A DNA stretch of 64,000 nt from Alphaproteobacteria bacterium (GTDB lineage Bacteria > Pseudomonadota > Alphaproteobacteria > UBA8366 > GCA-2717185). The notes under the pieces are model-generated. The model had not been told where the DNA came from. It made no database searches and saw only the letters and a program-made list of their open reading frames with translations. Positions 21,301-30,913 of the stretch are shown here, piece by piece. Position 1 is the stretch's first letter. The number at the start of each line of letters is the position of its first letter. The stretch lies in assembly GCA_040905865.1 (NCBI GenBank), contig JBBDQU010000040.1:6534-70533 (forward strand), read 5' to 3'. A program made the translations under genes and the position numbers.

Positions 21301-21805
21301 CCGCCGTCAGCACCATGTCCCGGGCCGCCAGCATCAGTTCGGCGGCGCTGCGGTCGTCCATCGCCTCGAAATGCGGCGCGATCCCCGCTTCCAGGGGAAA
21401 CCGCGCCAGCAGCGACTGGCAGAAGCCGTGTATGGTCTGGACCTTGAGCCCACCCGGCACATCGAGAACCTGCGCAAACAGCCGCCGGGCGCGGTCCAGC
21501 CGGTCATCGTCCGGCGCCGCGCCGAGCAGTTGCCCGATATCCCGGCGAACGGCGTCATCCGGTTCGGTGGCCCAGCCGGCCAGCCGCCGGTTGATCCGTA
21601 CCGCCATTTCCGCCGCCGCAGCGCGGGTGAAGGTCAGGCAGAGGATTCGTTCCGGCCGGGTTTCGTTCAGCAGCAGGGCCAGGACCCGGTCGGTCAGCAC
21701 TTTGGTTTTTCCACTGCCCGCCGAGGCGGCAACCCAGACGCTGGCTTCGGGGTGCACCGCCCGGCGCTGCGCGATGCCGGCCGCCGTGATCATGTCGACG
21801 GTCAT
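18371..21805 (-). CDS. addA: Double-strand break repair helicase-nuclease AddA
   Basis: ASAGSGKT, LTFTRAAA, IDEAQD, VGDAKQSI, TVHGAKGL, LYVAMTRA and C-terminal DYKTN nuclease; ATGA overlap with addB. Confidence 0.97.
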   Translation of the reverse strand: MTVDMITAAGIAQRRAVHPEASVWVAASAGSGKTKVLTDRVLALLLNETRPERILCLTFTRAAAAEMAVRINRRLAGWATEPDDAVRRDIGQLLGAAPDDDRLDRARRLFAQVLDVPGGLKVQTIHGFCQSLLARFPLEAGIAPHFEAMDDRSAAELMLAARDMVLTAARQGGELADALAVVTGHIQEEQFAALMDHMAQNRSRIRGLIDLYGDGMGDAVCRKLGVAPGQSPADVISRACWDAAVDTAALTRAGEALLTGTAKTDQPRGLTLLQWLKANPVKRQELFAGYADAFLTKAGDLRSRLITVRPADAAPGSAEALGAEAERLAGVMDECRAVVTAEATVALLRLGAALLDAYERSKLVLARLDYDDLILKTIALLNRSADAAWVLYKLDGGLDHILIDEAQDTNLHQWAIVEALAKEFFSGAGARTETRTVFTVGDAKQSIFSFQGADPTAFTHMREVFRKQVEAAAKPWESVDLNWSFRSATPILDTVDAVFGIDPARDGVAPDGEPIVHRAVRAGHAGLVEIWPPVRPRDAPDAAPWAPPLDREAADNPSARLANVLAAKIESWIGCEVLASRGRTVRAGDIMVLVRRRNRFVDQFVRALKSRGIPVAGVDRMALAEQLAVMDLIALGEFLLLPEDNLTLATVLKGPFIGLDDDNLFALAYDRGDSSLWQRLAADPRYAAAHGWLSALLARVDFAPPFELFSHVLTAPVADGESGRQRLVARLGVEAEDPVEEFMNLTLEHERLNPPSLQGFLHWLKAGDQIVKRDMEHGSRDEVRVITVHGAKGLQAPIVILPDTMAAPRSSPDMLWSEGILLWPPNRGCESAVSATARAAANLRRDQEYRRLLYVAMTRAEDRLYICGAEGRQAPPDTCWYAMAHAGLEAIGEPFAFSADGEDGWEGEGIRLSSLQSVDSAPDAATIADDEPPAEALPWMFAPAPPEPTPVRPLTPSRPAMDPPVVSPFDTDNGQRFRRGTLIHRLLQTLPDLSPARRRAAAGGFLALQVHGLTPEEQDVIVAEVMAVLENPEFAALFGPDSRAEAPVVGRIDSREGPEIVSGQVDRVVIRDDEILVVDYKTNRPPPRREADVAEVYLRQMAAYRAILRQIWPDRPVRCALLWTDGPRIMALNDSLLDRFFDAP

Positions 21806-24732
21806 CCATCCCCCCATTCGCGAATGCGGGCCAGATGCGCATAGTCGTTGAACCGGGGGGCGCGGTCCGGGCGCGGCACCGCCGCATAGGCCGTATCGGG
21901 GTTGTCGAAGGACTCGATCAGCGCCATCAACCCGGCCCGCGCCGCATCGGCCAGGTCGCCCGCATCGCCGCCAACCGCACGGATCGTCGCCGGGGGTTCG
22001 CCGCCGCCGAGCTGCCAGTACGCCAGCTTCCGCACGTCGCCTTCAGGCACCGTCCTAAATCCGCCGCCGCGCAGGATAACCGCCTCCAGCGCAAGTTGCG
22101 GCGCGTAACCGAGACCGACCTCGACATTCGACGGCGGGGCGCCGGTCTTGTAATCGATGATCTCGTAGCTGCCGTCGGCCAGGCGGTCGATCCGGTCCGC
22201 CTTCGCGGTCAGGGCGAACGGCGCATAGGCGGCCGGCATGTCCAGCCGGCCTTCGGTTTCCGAATGCGCCCGGACGACATCGCCGCGCCGGGTGGATTCG
22301 TTCTCGACGAACCAGCCGGCGATGCGCGCGAAGCGCGGCCACCAGAAGGCGCGGACGGTGGGTCGCACCAGCGCGTCGCCGAAGGCGGCAGTGCCGAATT
22401 CCAGCAGCTTCTCCAGCGCATCCGGCGGCAGCGTGTCGGGAAACTCGCGCAGGAACCGGTCCAGCGCATCATGGATGAAGGTGCCGCGTTCCGCCGCGCC
22501 CGGATCCGCGTCCAGCGGATCCAGCGGCCGCAATCGCAATATATGGCGGGCGTAGATCGCATAGGGGTCGCGCATCCAGGTTTCGATCTGGGTCACCGAC
22601 AGGCGCCGGGGCCGCGCCGCCAGCGGCGGGCGGGGGGCCGGCGGCGAAATCCGGATCGGGCGTTTCGGCTGGCGCAGCAGGGCGCGGACCGCGCGCCACT
22701 GGCTCGGCCCCGCCTGCAGCGCGTTTTCCTGGCCGACGCCGCGCAGGACAGCGTCGAGCCGCGTCAGCCAGCGCGAGGGCACGGTCGGCTGCCCTTCGGT
22801 CTTGGCCGCGCGGGTCAGGACGATTTCCGGCGCGGCGAAGGCCTGCACGAAGTCATGCGCGGTCAGGCCGATGCGCCGTTCCGGCAGCGGCAGGCCGAAG
22901 CGTTCGCGCATCGGCCGGCTGAGCCAGGGGTCCGGCTGCGGATCGGGCGGCCAGACGCCCTCGTTCAGCCCGCCCAGCACCAGAAGATCGGCGCGCTGCA
23001 ACCGCGCTTCCAGCAGCCCCAGGATCGCGAGGCGCGGATGGCGGCCATAGCGCGGGCGAACGGTCGCGCCGTTCATCAGCGAATCGAGCAGGGCCGGATA
23101 GGCGCCGGGATCCACGGGGGGCAGGAAATCCGCCGCGTGCCGCAATTCGGCGATGAATCGGGCCAGCATTTCCCCGGCATCGCCCCGCCACAGGCGTTCC
23201 GCGCCGAATTCTGTGTCGGTCGCCGCCAGGGCTTCGGCAGTGGCGACATGCGCTTCCAGGAAATCCTCCAGCCGCGCGCCGCCGCCATCGACGACGGAAA
23301 CCAGCGGCCGGGTCATGGCCTCCAGCGAATCGAGGAACGCTTTCAGCGTCGCGGATTCGGCGCTGCCGGCCGGCGCCGCCGCCCGCAACCCGGCAATCCC
23401 CGCACCCGGCCTTGGCCCGCGCAGGATCATCCGCTCCAGCAACCGGGCATCGCTGCGGAAAGCGATGGCCTGCCGTCCCCCCGCCGCCAGGGGATGCTTG
23501 AGGACCGCAAGCAGGGGCGCCGGCGCAAAGCGGCCGGCGACCATCGCCGCGATCAGGCGCATGAAACTGCCTGGCGTCGCGGTCATCAGCGGCTCGCCCG
23601 CGGAATCGTCGATATCGATGTTCCAGCGGCGCAGTTCCGCCGTGACCCGGCGCGCGAGTTTCCGGTCCGGCGTCACCAGCGCCGCGGTCCGCGAACTGTC
23701 TTCCAGCACCTGGCGGAGAATGAGCGCAATGACGCCCGCTTCCTCGGCGGAATCCGCGCAATCGACCCGCTGCACCCCGTCCAGGGCGCCGGCGGGCAGG
23801 TCCCGGAGCAGGCGCCAGGCCTGAGTCGTGTCGGCGGGCCGCATGACTTCGGCGATCAGCCGCATCCGCGGGCCGGGCGGCGCGACGCCGGGCCAGTCCG
23901 GCACCGCGTCGGGCGTCAGCGCCATGCGGCGCAGCAGCCGCGCCAGATTATGCTGCGGATGGGTCTGGTCGCGTTCGATCGCCTCCTGCGTCCCGGCATC
24001 GGTATCGCGGAGCAGGCCCGGCAGCACCACGCGGCCGTTCGGCATGGCCGCGACCGTGGCCAGCAGATCGGCGGTCGCGGGGATACTGCCCGTCGATCCG
24101 GCGGCGATGACATGGCCCGGCGGCGGCGTCTGCGCCCACAGGGCCGCCAGCGAATCCAGCAGGCGGTTGCGCCGTTCCGCCTGGTCGATGCCGCCCTGCT
24201 CGCGCAAGACCGCAGGCCAGTGCTCGGTCAGGATAGTGAGAAAGGCCAGCACCTTCTGCCAGTGCTCGGCGAAATCCCCGGGCACCAGATCCTTCAGCCC
24301 GTCGAACGACAGGCGTTCGGTCTGCACCTGGTCCAGCAGCCGTTCCAGTTCCACCGCCAGCCGCGCCGCCTGGTCGACCGACATATCGTCCCCGGCCCGG
24401 TCCCAGCCGAGGATCAGCCGCGTCAGCAGCAGCCGGCGGTGCAGGGCGGGAATGGCAGGCGGCGTTTCGGCGCCGCCCGGTTCGGGCGCTTCGTGAAAGG
24501 CGAACTCATCTTCATCGACATCGCCGAGCGGCCGCATCGTGGGCAGCAGCATCGCCCTGCCGTCGCCGGCGCGCAGGAACGCATCGCGCAGCGACCGGCA
24601 GGCCCGGCGCGTCGGCAGCAGGATTGTGTAGTCGAGCAGCGCGGAAGGATCGCCGCCTGTTTCGGCGAGAATGCCCCCGGCCAGCGCATCCACAAAGGGG
24701 GCGCCCGGCGGAATGGTATAGACCCCGGCCAT
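21802..24732 (-). CDS. addB: Double-strand break repair protein AddB
   Basis: LPTRRA, AGSTGS, LVTPDR, GLLEARLQ, RDPYAIYA, ADRID...IDYKTG. Confidence 0.97.
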   Translation of the reverse strand: MAGVYTIPPGAPFVDALAGGILAETGGDPSALLDYTILLPTRRACRSLRDAFLRAGDGRAMLLPTMRPLGDVDEDEFAFHEAPEPGGAETPPAIPALHRRLLLTRLILGWDRAGDDMSVDQAARLAVELERLLDQVQTERLSFDGLKDLVPGDFAEHWQKVLAFLTILTEHWPAVLREQGGIDQAERRNRLLDSLAALWAQTPPPGHVIAAGSTGSIPATADLLATVAAMPNGRVVLPGLLRDTDAGTQEAIERDQTHPQHNLARLLRRMALTPDAVPDWPGVAPPGPRMRLIAEVMRPADTTQAWRLLRDLPAGALDGVQRVDCADSAEEAGVIALILRQVLEDSSRTAALVTPDRKLARRVTAELRRWNIDIDDSAGEPLMTATPGSFMRLIAAMVAGRFAPAPLLAVLKHPLAAGGRQAIAFRSDARLLERMILRGPRPGAGIAGLRAAAPAGSAESATLKAFLDSLEAMTRPLVSVVDGGGARLEDFLEAHVATAEALAATDTEFGAERLWRGDAGEMLARFIAELRHAADFLPPVDPGAYPALLDSLMNGATVRPRYGRHPRLAILGLLEARLQRADLLVLGGLNEGVWPPDPQPDPWLSRPMRERFGLPLPERRIGLTAHDFVQAFAAPEIVLTRAAKTEGQPTVPSRWLTRLDAVLRGVGQENALQAGPSQWRAVRALLRQPKRPIRISPPAPRPPLAARPRRLSVTQIETWMRDPYAIYARHILRLRPLDPLDADPGAAERGTFIHDALDRFLREFPDTLPPDALEKLLEFGTAAFGDALVRPTVRAFWWPRFARIAGWFVENESTRRGDVVRAHSETEGRLDMPAAYAPFALTAKADRIDRLADGSYEIIDYKTGAPPSNVEVGLGYAPQLALEAVILRGGGFRTVPEGDVRKLAYWQLGGGEPPATIRAVGGDAGDLADAARAGLMALIESFDNPDTAYAAVPRPDRAPRFNDYAHLARIREWGDG

Positions 24733-25460
24733 CAGCGGCTGTTGACCAGGGCGTCGCCCAGCGCCAGATCGAATTCGGCCTGCAGCAACTGTTCGGGCGT
24801 GCCGACATGATACCATTCGCCGTCATGGACGATGCCGTGCAAACGGTTCGTCGCCGCGGCCGCGTCGTAGAGCCGGTTCAGGGAAAACGCGCCCTCCGGC
24901 GATCCGGCGAACAGGCGCGGATGCAGAATCTGGACGCCGGCAAACAGGAAGGCGGCGATTTCCCGGCTGTCGCGGCGGCGCACCCTGCCCAGCGGATCGA
25001 GGAAAAAATCGCCGCGCCCGCTGGTACCGGCGACGGCGACCATGCGCTGCAGCAGCAACAGCGCATCCATGGTTTCGTCGCGCCACGCCGCCGCCAGGCG
25101 CCGCAGCGCCGGCGTGGGACCGTTGCCCCATACAGCATCGCTGTTGATGACGTAGAACGGATCGTCGCCCAGGTGCGGCAGCGCATGCCGGACCCCGCCG
25201 CCGGTTTCCAGCAGGTCCACCTCGGGCGAGAGGATGATGCCCGACCGCCTCGAAAGGTGCTCCGTGATCATCTCGCCCATGTAATGGGTGTTGACCACGA
25301 TCCGGTCCACGCCGTCGGCTTCAAGATGGTCGAGCACCCGGTCGAGCAAGGTCCGACCGGCCAGTACCGTCAGCGGCTTCGGCCGGGTCTTCGAAAGATG
25401 GCGCATGCGCGTGCCGCGCCCCGCGGCCAGCACCATCGCTGTTCTGATCCGCTGTGTCAT
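24732..25460 (-). CDS. murU: Nucleotidyltransferase, MurU-like (MurNAc-alpha-1-P uridylyltransferase)
   Basis: MVLAAGRGTRM...PKPL, LETGGG, NSD; follows amgK. Confidence 0.85.
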   Translation of the reverse strand: MTQRIRTAMVLAAGRGTRMRHLSKTRPKPLTVLAGRTLLDRVLDHLEADGVDRIVVNTHYMGEMITEHLSRRSGIILSPEVDLLETGGGVRHALPHLGDDPFYVINSDAVWGNGPTPALRRLAAAWRDETMDALLLLQRMVAVAGTSGRGDFFLDPLGRVRRRDSREIAAFLFAGVQILHPRLFAGSPEGAFSLNRLYDAAAATNRLHGIVHDGEWYHVGTPEQLLQAEFDLALGDALVNSR

Positions 25461-26464
25461 GCGCCTGCCTTCGGCGGCGGTGCGATTCGCGATTCAAGCG
25501 GAAATTCGCGGTCGAACCAGGTTTTCAGCGCGCCCAGCGCCGGATGCGTCAGGTCGCCTTCGAGCCAGCGCCAGACGCGCGCCAAATGCTTCAGATAAAC
25601 GGGCTTGCCGTCCCGCCGGTCGAGCCGCGTGAATATTCCCAGGATCTTGGTGCAGCGCTGCGCGCCGTACAGCGCATATGCCTGCCGGAATGCACCGCGC
25701 CCGATTTCCGGAAACGCATCGAGGTAACGGTCGAACAGCCCGGCCGCCAAGCCGCCCGGCACGTCGCGGCGGGCATCCTCCAGCAGCGACACCAGGTCAT
25801 AGGCCCGATGGCCGATCACGGCGTCCTGAAAATCCAGCAACCCGCAGGCCTGCACGCCATCCCGATCCCGCAGCCACATCAGGTTGTCCACATGATAATC
25901 GCGCAGCACCAGCGTATCGGGCGACGCGGGCAGGGCGTCAAACGCGGTTTGCCACAACACCTCGAATTCACGGCCCAGGGCCGGCGGCGCATCCCTGCCG
26001 TACATCGCCGGATAATACCATTCGATCAGCAGGTTTGCCTCCGTCATCAGGCGGGCATGGTCATAGGGGGGGACCCCTTCGGCGCCGTCGAAACGCCGGT
26101 GCAATTCAACCAGCACATCGACCGCCAGCGTATAGAGCGCCGTTTCGCAGGCCGGATCGTCCGCCAGCGCGCTGGTATAGGTCGCATCGCCGAAATCCTC
26201 CAGCAGCAGCAACCCCGCCTCGCGATCCTCGGCGAATATCTCCGGCGCGCTGAACCCCATGCCGCGCAGGATGCGGTCGATTTCGAGGAAGGGTCCGACA
26301 TTTTCCCGTGGCGGCGGCGCATCCATCAGGATGGCGCGGCGCGTATCCTCGCGCAGCCGTTCATACCGGCGGAAGGAGGCATCGTCGGCAAGCGGTCGCC
26401 GCGTCGCCCGCTCCCAGCCCTGCGCCGCCAGGAACGCCTCGATTTGCGCGGCTCTGTCAGTCAT
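25457..26464 (-). CDS. amgK: Anomeric MurNAc/GlcNAc kinase AmgK-like phosphotransferase
   Basis: DASFRRYER, LMDAPP, LEDFG, RDYHVDNL, DFQDA; tsaE-amgK-murU synteny. Confidence 0.85.
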   Translation of the reverse strand: MTDRAAQIEAFLAAQGWERATRRPLADDASFRRYERLREDTRRAILMDAPPPRENVGPFLEIDRILRGMGFSAPEIFAEDREAGLLLLEDFGDATYTSALADDPACETALYTLAVDVLVELHRRFDGAEGVPPYDHARLMTEANLLIEWYYPAMYGRDAPPALGREFEVLWQTAFDALPASPDTLVLRDYHVDNLMWLRDRDGVQACGLLDFQDAVIGHRAYDLVSLLEDARRDVPGGLAAGLFDRYLDAFPEIGRGAFRQAYALYGAQRCTKILGIFTRLDRRDGKPVYLKHLARVWRWLEGDLTHPALGALKTWFDREFPLESRIAPPPKAGA

Positions 26465-26966
26465 CGCGCAGCGGCGCCAGACGCGCGGGCCAGTCGCCGC
26501 GCCCGGCCAGAATCGCCCACCGCGATTCGCCGTCATCGCTGAAATGCAGTTCGATATCGAGGCGTATTTCCGGCAGCCAGCCGCCCAGCCGGTCTGGCCA
26601 TTCGATCAGCGACACGCCGCCGGCAAAGGCCTCCTCGATATCGAGTTCGAACGCGTCCTCGGCCGATTCCAGCCGGTACAGGTCGAAATGCCACAGATCG
26701 AACGCCGGCAAAGCATAGGTCTGCACCAGCGTGAATGTCGGGCTCGGCACCGCTTCGGCCGGATTGCCCAGCGCGTGGACGACCGCGCGGGCCAGGCTGG
26801 TCTTCCCGGCGCCAAGATCGCCGCGCAGCGCCACGATATCGCCGGTCCGCAGCAACGGCGCCAGTCTTCCGGCCAGCGCCGCCGTCGCCGTTTCGTCCGG
26901 CAGATCGACGATAACGCGGCCATCCGGCGTCGCTGCATTTCGACCATGCGACCCGGCGGCGATCAC
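26457..26966 (-). CDS. tsaE: tRNA threonylcarbamoyladenosine biosynthesis ATPase
   Basis: GDLGAGKT, PSPTFTLVQTY, HFDLYRL, IEWP. Confidence 0.96.
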   Translation of the reverse strand: MIAAGSHGRNAATPDGRVIVDLPDETATAALAGRLAPLLRTGDIVALRGDLGAGKTSLARAVVHALGNPAEAVPSPTFTLVQTYALPAFDLWHFDLYRLESAEDAFELDIEEAFAGGVSLIEWPDRLGGWLPEIRLDIELHFSDDGESRWAILAGRGDWPARLAPLRDD

Positions 26967-29320
26967 GCAACGGCCTCTGTCGATTCGGCAACGGCGTTCT
27001 TCGCCATGGCGTTCAGCGGCAACCGGCATTCGATCCGGGTCCCCTTGCCCAGTTCGCTTTGCACGGTAATTGACCCGCCGTGCAGCTCTATCAGGTTCTT
27101 GACCAGGGCCAGCCCCAGGCCCGCCCCGTATTCGCGGGAATCGCCCTGGCCACGCTCGAATTTCTCCAGCATCCTGTCGGTATCTTCCGGCGCGATCCCG
27201 ATGCCGGTATCGGCGACCGCGATGGTCATGCCGTCGGGCTCCCGCCGCGCCGACAGGGTCACCGTGCCGCCTTCGGGCGTGAACTGCACCGCATTGGTGA
27301 TCAGGTTGTAAATCGCCTGGCGGACCCGCCGTTCGTCGGCGACTATCGTGCCGATATCCGCGGGACAGTCGAAATTGAGTTCCAGACCGGAATCGCCGGC
27401 GCGTTTGCGAAAGACCGGCAACAGATTGACCAGGGCATCGTGGACATTCACCGTGCCCAGTTCCAGCGTCAGATAACCGGCCTCGATCGTCGCCAGGTCG
27501 ATGATATCGTTGATCAGCGCCATCAGGTGATTGGACGCCTGCAGGACGCTTTGCACATACTCGCCCTGGCGCGCCGTCAACTCGCCGAAATACCGGTTAT
27601 CGAGAATTTCGGTAAAGCCGATTATCGCATTCAGCGGAGTCCGGAGTTCGTAGCTGACATTGGCGATAAAGTCCGACTTCATCCGGTCGGCGGCTTCCAG
27701 CGCAAGGTTGCGTTCTTCCAGCGCCTGCTGCACGCGCGCCCCGTCGGTCACGTCGATATAGCCCAGCAGGCAGCCGCCATCCGGCAGGGGAACGCAGTTA
27801 TAGTCGATGATCCGTCCGTCGATTCGCCGCAGCCGTCCCGATTGCGGTTTCGGTTCCGTCACCGCCAGGATCAGGCGCTGTTTGCGCGCCGCCCAGTCAT
27901 CGACCGGCGGAAACTGGGCGCGGGTCTCCTCCAGGATGTCGCCGATATGCGTATCGAGGCTGGCTTCCGTCATGGGCAGGTTCCACATGACGGCCGCTTC
28001 CACGTTCCACAGTTTCAGCCGGCCATCCGCGCCGAAGACGGTCACGGCCTCATGCAGGTTGTCCAGCGTTTCGCGCTGCACTTCGGTCAGGGTATTGTAC
28101 GATCGCTCCAGCGCCAGGCTGTCCGTGACGTTCTCGTAAACGAACATCAGGCCGCCCATGGGATGCGACGACACAATCATGCGCAGGGTCCGTTCGTCGG
28201 GCAGATGCAGCAGTTCCTCGCGGGGCTCGATCAATGTGTTGAACAGCGCGGCGGTTTCCTGCTTGAAGCTCTGGAAGTCGAGATATTCGGGCAGGCGCCG
28301 CCGTTCCCGCAGCACTTCCAGCACATCGCCCAGCGACGGTTCACCGTGCAGCGCCTCCGCGTCGATGTTCCACATTTCCAGAAAGGCGGAATTGAAGAAT
28401 TTCAGCCGCTGGTCGGGCCCGTATATGGCGATTGCCGCCCACAGGCTTTCCAGCACTTCCGCATGCGCGGCGACATGCGACGCAAGATCGGATTGCACGT
28501 CCTCGATCATCGTGACATCCGTCGCGTAGCCGCCCACGATGCCGGTCTGTTCGCCAAGCCGCATTTCCGAGAATTCGTACAGGCGGCGGCGACCGCCGAC
28601 AATGATATGGTGGCTTTCCGACTGGGCGCTTTCCGTATTCATCGCGCGGCGCGCGAGGCTGCGGCCGTCCCGGTCAAGGTAACCGGCGCCCAGTTCGCGA
28701 CGGTCGCGCAGCACCGTTTCGACATCGCAATCCAGCGCGGCCGCATAGGCCGCATTGCATCCCGCCAGATCCATATCCGGGCGTCGCCACCATACCGGCA
28801 TCGGCAACCGGTCGATCAGCGCCCGCAAGGCAGCCGTTTCGACGCTTTGTATTGCCGGCGCGCCGACCCAGACCAGATCCCGCGACGCGACGCGGCGGCC
28901 GGTCAGCGAAATCTCCTTGCCGGCGCGGGTCCGGTAGCGCCCGGCGAAGGGTTTCCCCTGTTCGCGAAGCGCCCCCAGAATGCCGGAAACCTCCGGCGCA
29001 TCCCTGTCTGAAAAGATATTTGCCAGCGCGGACAGATTGGCGGCATTGTCGATGCCGAGCAGGTCGCGGGCCGGACCCGTTATGCCGGAATTGCCGCGCG
29101 CCCACCAGACAAGCCCGACCGGCGCCGATTCAATCGTGTCGTCTTCGGCCTTGCGGCGACGCAAAAGCAGGGCCACCGCCAGCGCCGCCACGATGCCGGC
29201 TAACAGGTAACCCCAAACGGGAGACGCGACCTCCAGCCCGGCGGCGAAGGCTATTTTCGGTGCGCCCGCCGCCGCAAGGAACCCTGCGCCCGCAACGCGT
29301 TTTCTGCCCCTGAATTGCAC
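26963..29320 (-). CDS. divL: DivL-like multi-PAS pseudo-histidine kinase
   Basis: N-terminal TM, PAS repeats, H-box NVSYELRTPL (Tyr replaces His), HATPase N/G1/G2 boxes; upstream of tsaE. Start uncertain (29320-29377). Confidence 0.85.
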   Translation of the reverse strand: MQFRGRKRVAGAGFLAAAGAPKIAFAAGLEVASPVWGYLLAGIVAALAVALLLRRRKAEDDTIESAPVGLVWWARGNSGITGPARDLLGIDNAANLSALANIFSDRDAPEVSGILGALREQGKPFAGRYRTRAGKEISLTGRRVASRDLVWVGAPAIQSVETAALRALIDRLPMPVWWRRPDMDLAGCNAAYAAALDCDVETVLRDRRELGAGYLDRDGRSLARRAMNTESAQSESHHIIVGGRRRLYEFSEMRLGEQTGIVGGYATDVTMIEDVQSDLASHVAAHAEVLESLWAAIAIYGPDQRLKFFNSAFLEMWNIDAEALHGEPSLGDVLEVLRERRRLPEYLDFQSFKQETAALFNTLIEPREELLHLPDERTLRMIVSSHPMGGLMFVYENVTDSLALERSYNTLTEVQRETLDNLHEAVTVFGADGRLKLWNVEAAVMWNLPMTEASLDTHIGDILEETRAQFPPVDDWAARKQRLILAVTEPKPQSGRLRRIDGRIIDYNCVPLPDGGCLLGYIDVTDGARVQQALEERNLALEAADRMKSDFIANVSYELRTPLNAIIGFTEILDNRYFGELTARQGEYVQSVLQASNHLMALINDIIDLATIEAGYLTLELGTVNVHDALVNLLPVFRKRAGDSGLELNFDCPADIGTIVADERRVRQAIYNLITNAVQFTPEGGTVTLSARREPDGMTIAVADTGIGIAPEDTDRMLEKFERGQGDSREYGAGLGLALVKNLIELHGGSITVQSELGKGTRIECRLPLNAMAKNAVAESTEAVA

Positions 29321-29414
29321 GGGCACAGTGTAATTTTTCCTACGTCCGTAAACAAGAGGCCTGTTCTCCGGCAGCATCCGGATCCGCCGCGGCGCGGTGG
29401 ATCCGGTCGAAGCA

Positions 29415-30710
29415 CTAGTAACGGTAGTGATCGGGCTTGAACGGGCCGCTTTGTGAAAGGCCGAGATATTTCGCCTGCGCCGCGCTCAGGGCGGTCAATT
29501 CAACGCCCAGCTTCTTCAGATGCAGTGTCGCAACCTTTTCATCCAGATGCTTCGGCAGCACGAAGACGCCGATATCGTACCGGTCGGAATGGTTCCACAA
29601 TTCGATCTGCGCCAGAACCTGGTTCGTGAAGGAAGCGGACATGACGAAGCTGGGATGACCCGTCGCGCAGCCGAGATTGACCAGCCGCCCTTCGGCCAGG
29701 ACGATCAGCCGCTTGCCGTCCGGGAATTCCACCTCGTCCACCTGTTCCTTCACGTTGTGCCAGGGGTAATTGCGCAGGGCGGAAATCTGGATTTCCGAAT
29801 CGAAATGCCCGATATTGCAGACAATCGCCCGGTCCTTCATCGCACGCATATGATCGATGGTGATGACGTCGATATTGCCCGTGGTGGTCACGAAGATATC
29901 GCCCTCTGACGCCGCCTTTTCCATCGTCGTGACCTGGTAGCCTTCCATTGCGGCCTGCAGGGCGCAGATCGGGTCGATTTCCGTTACCAGCACGCGCGCG
30001 CCCTGGTTGCGCAGGCTTGCGGCGGATCCCTTGCCGACATCGCCATACCCGCAAATCACCACGATCTTGCCGGCCACCATCACGTCGGTCGCACGCTTGA
30101 TGCCATCGACCAGGCTTTCGCGGCAGCCATACAGATTGTCGAATTTCGACTTGGTGACCGAGTCATTGACGTTGATCGCCGGCGCCTTGAGTTTGCCCGC
30201 CTTGTGCATTTCGTAGAGGCGATGGACGCCGGTGGTGGTTTCCTCCGAAATGCCCTTCACGCCGGTCATCAGTTCGGGAAATTTTTCATGCATCATGATG
30301 GTCAGGTCGCCGCCATCGTCCAGAATCATGTTCGGATGCCAGCCGTTCGGGCCGACGATCGTCTGTTCGATGCACCATTCGGCTTCTATTTCCGTTTCGC
30401 CTTTCCAGGCGAAAACCGGCATGCCCGCCGCGGCCATCGCCGCCGCCGCCTGGTCCTGGGTGGAGAAGATATTGCAGGACGACCAGCGGATATCCGCGCC
30501 CAGCGCCGTCAGCGTTTCCATCAGCACCGCAGTCTGGATTGTCATATGCAGGCAACCCGCGATGCGCGCCCCCTTCAGCGGCTTGGACTTGCCGAACTCC
30601 TCGCGCAGGGCCATCAGCCCCGGCATTTCCGTCTCGGCGATGGTGATTTCCTTGCGACCCCAGTCCGCGAGGTCGATATTGGCGACTTTGTAATCATTTT
30701 CGGTCGTCAT
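29415..30710 (-). CDS. ahcY: S-adenosylhomocysteine hydrolase
   Basis: [53 protein letters not shown]. Confidence 0.99.
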   Translation of the reverse strand: MTTENDYKVANIDLADWGRKEITIAETEMPGLMALREEFGKSKPLKGARIAGCLHMTIQTAVLMETLTALGADIRWSSCNIFSTQDQAAAAMAAAGMPVFAWKGETEIEAEWCIEQTIVGPNGWHPNMILDDGGDLTIMMHEKFPELMTGVKGISEETTTGVHRLYEMHKAGKLKAPAINVNDSVTKSKFDNLYGCRESLVDGIKRATDVMVAGKIVVICGYGDVGKGSAASLRNQGARVLVTEIDPICALQAAMEGYQVTTMEKAASEGDIFVTTTGNIDVITIDHMRAMKDRAIVCNIGHFDSEIQISALRNYPWHNVKEQVDEVEFPDGKRLIVLAEGRLVNLGCATGHPSFVMSASFTNQVLAQIELWNHSDRYDIGVFVLPKHLDEKVATLHLKKLGVELTALSAAQAKYLGLSQSGPFKPDHYRY

Positions 30711-30810
30711 CTGCGTCTCCTGATTCATGCATGCTAGGCGCGATGGCGATACGCACACCGGCCGAATTCTGAACCGGCGTATAGCAAGGATTGCCGCCAC
30801 CCGCAACAAT

Positions 30811-30832
30811 TACATAAATAAATCTTTATGTA
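30811..30832. promoter_or_regulatory. SahR-like operator upstream of ahcY
   Basis: Palindrome TACATAAA-TAAATC-TTTATGTA resembles the alphaproteobacterial SahR motif ATAAAGAnnTCTTTAT; about 100 bp upstream of the ahcY start. Confidence 0.7.
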
Positions 30833-30913
30833 TTTATCTTCTTGTTTCGGCCATCCGGCGCCGCGGTGTCCGTTCCATACCGGCGTGAATGGCGGCGTTG
30901 CCGCGGCGTGCGG

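Noticed and set aside
18068..24810. Very long plus-strand ORFs (1258 aa, 991 aa) opposite addA/addB, and similar ones opposite divL, ptsI, chvG and the BVMO
   Set aside because: These are typical stop-poor antisense frames of high-GC genes, with no motifs and Arg/Gly/Pro-biased composition.
30711..30810. SAH or SAM riboswitch upstream of ahcY
   Set aside because: No recognisable consensus; a protein-operator palindrome explains the region better.
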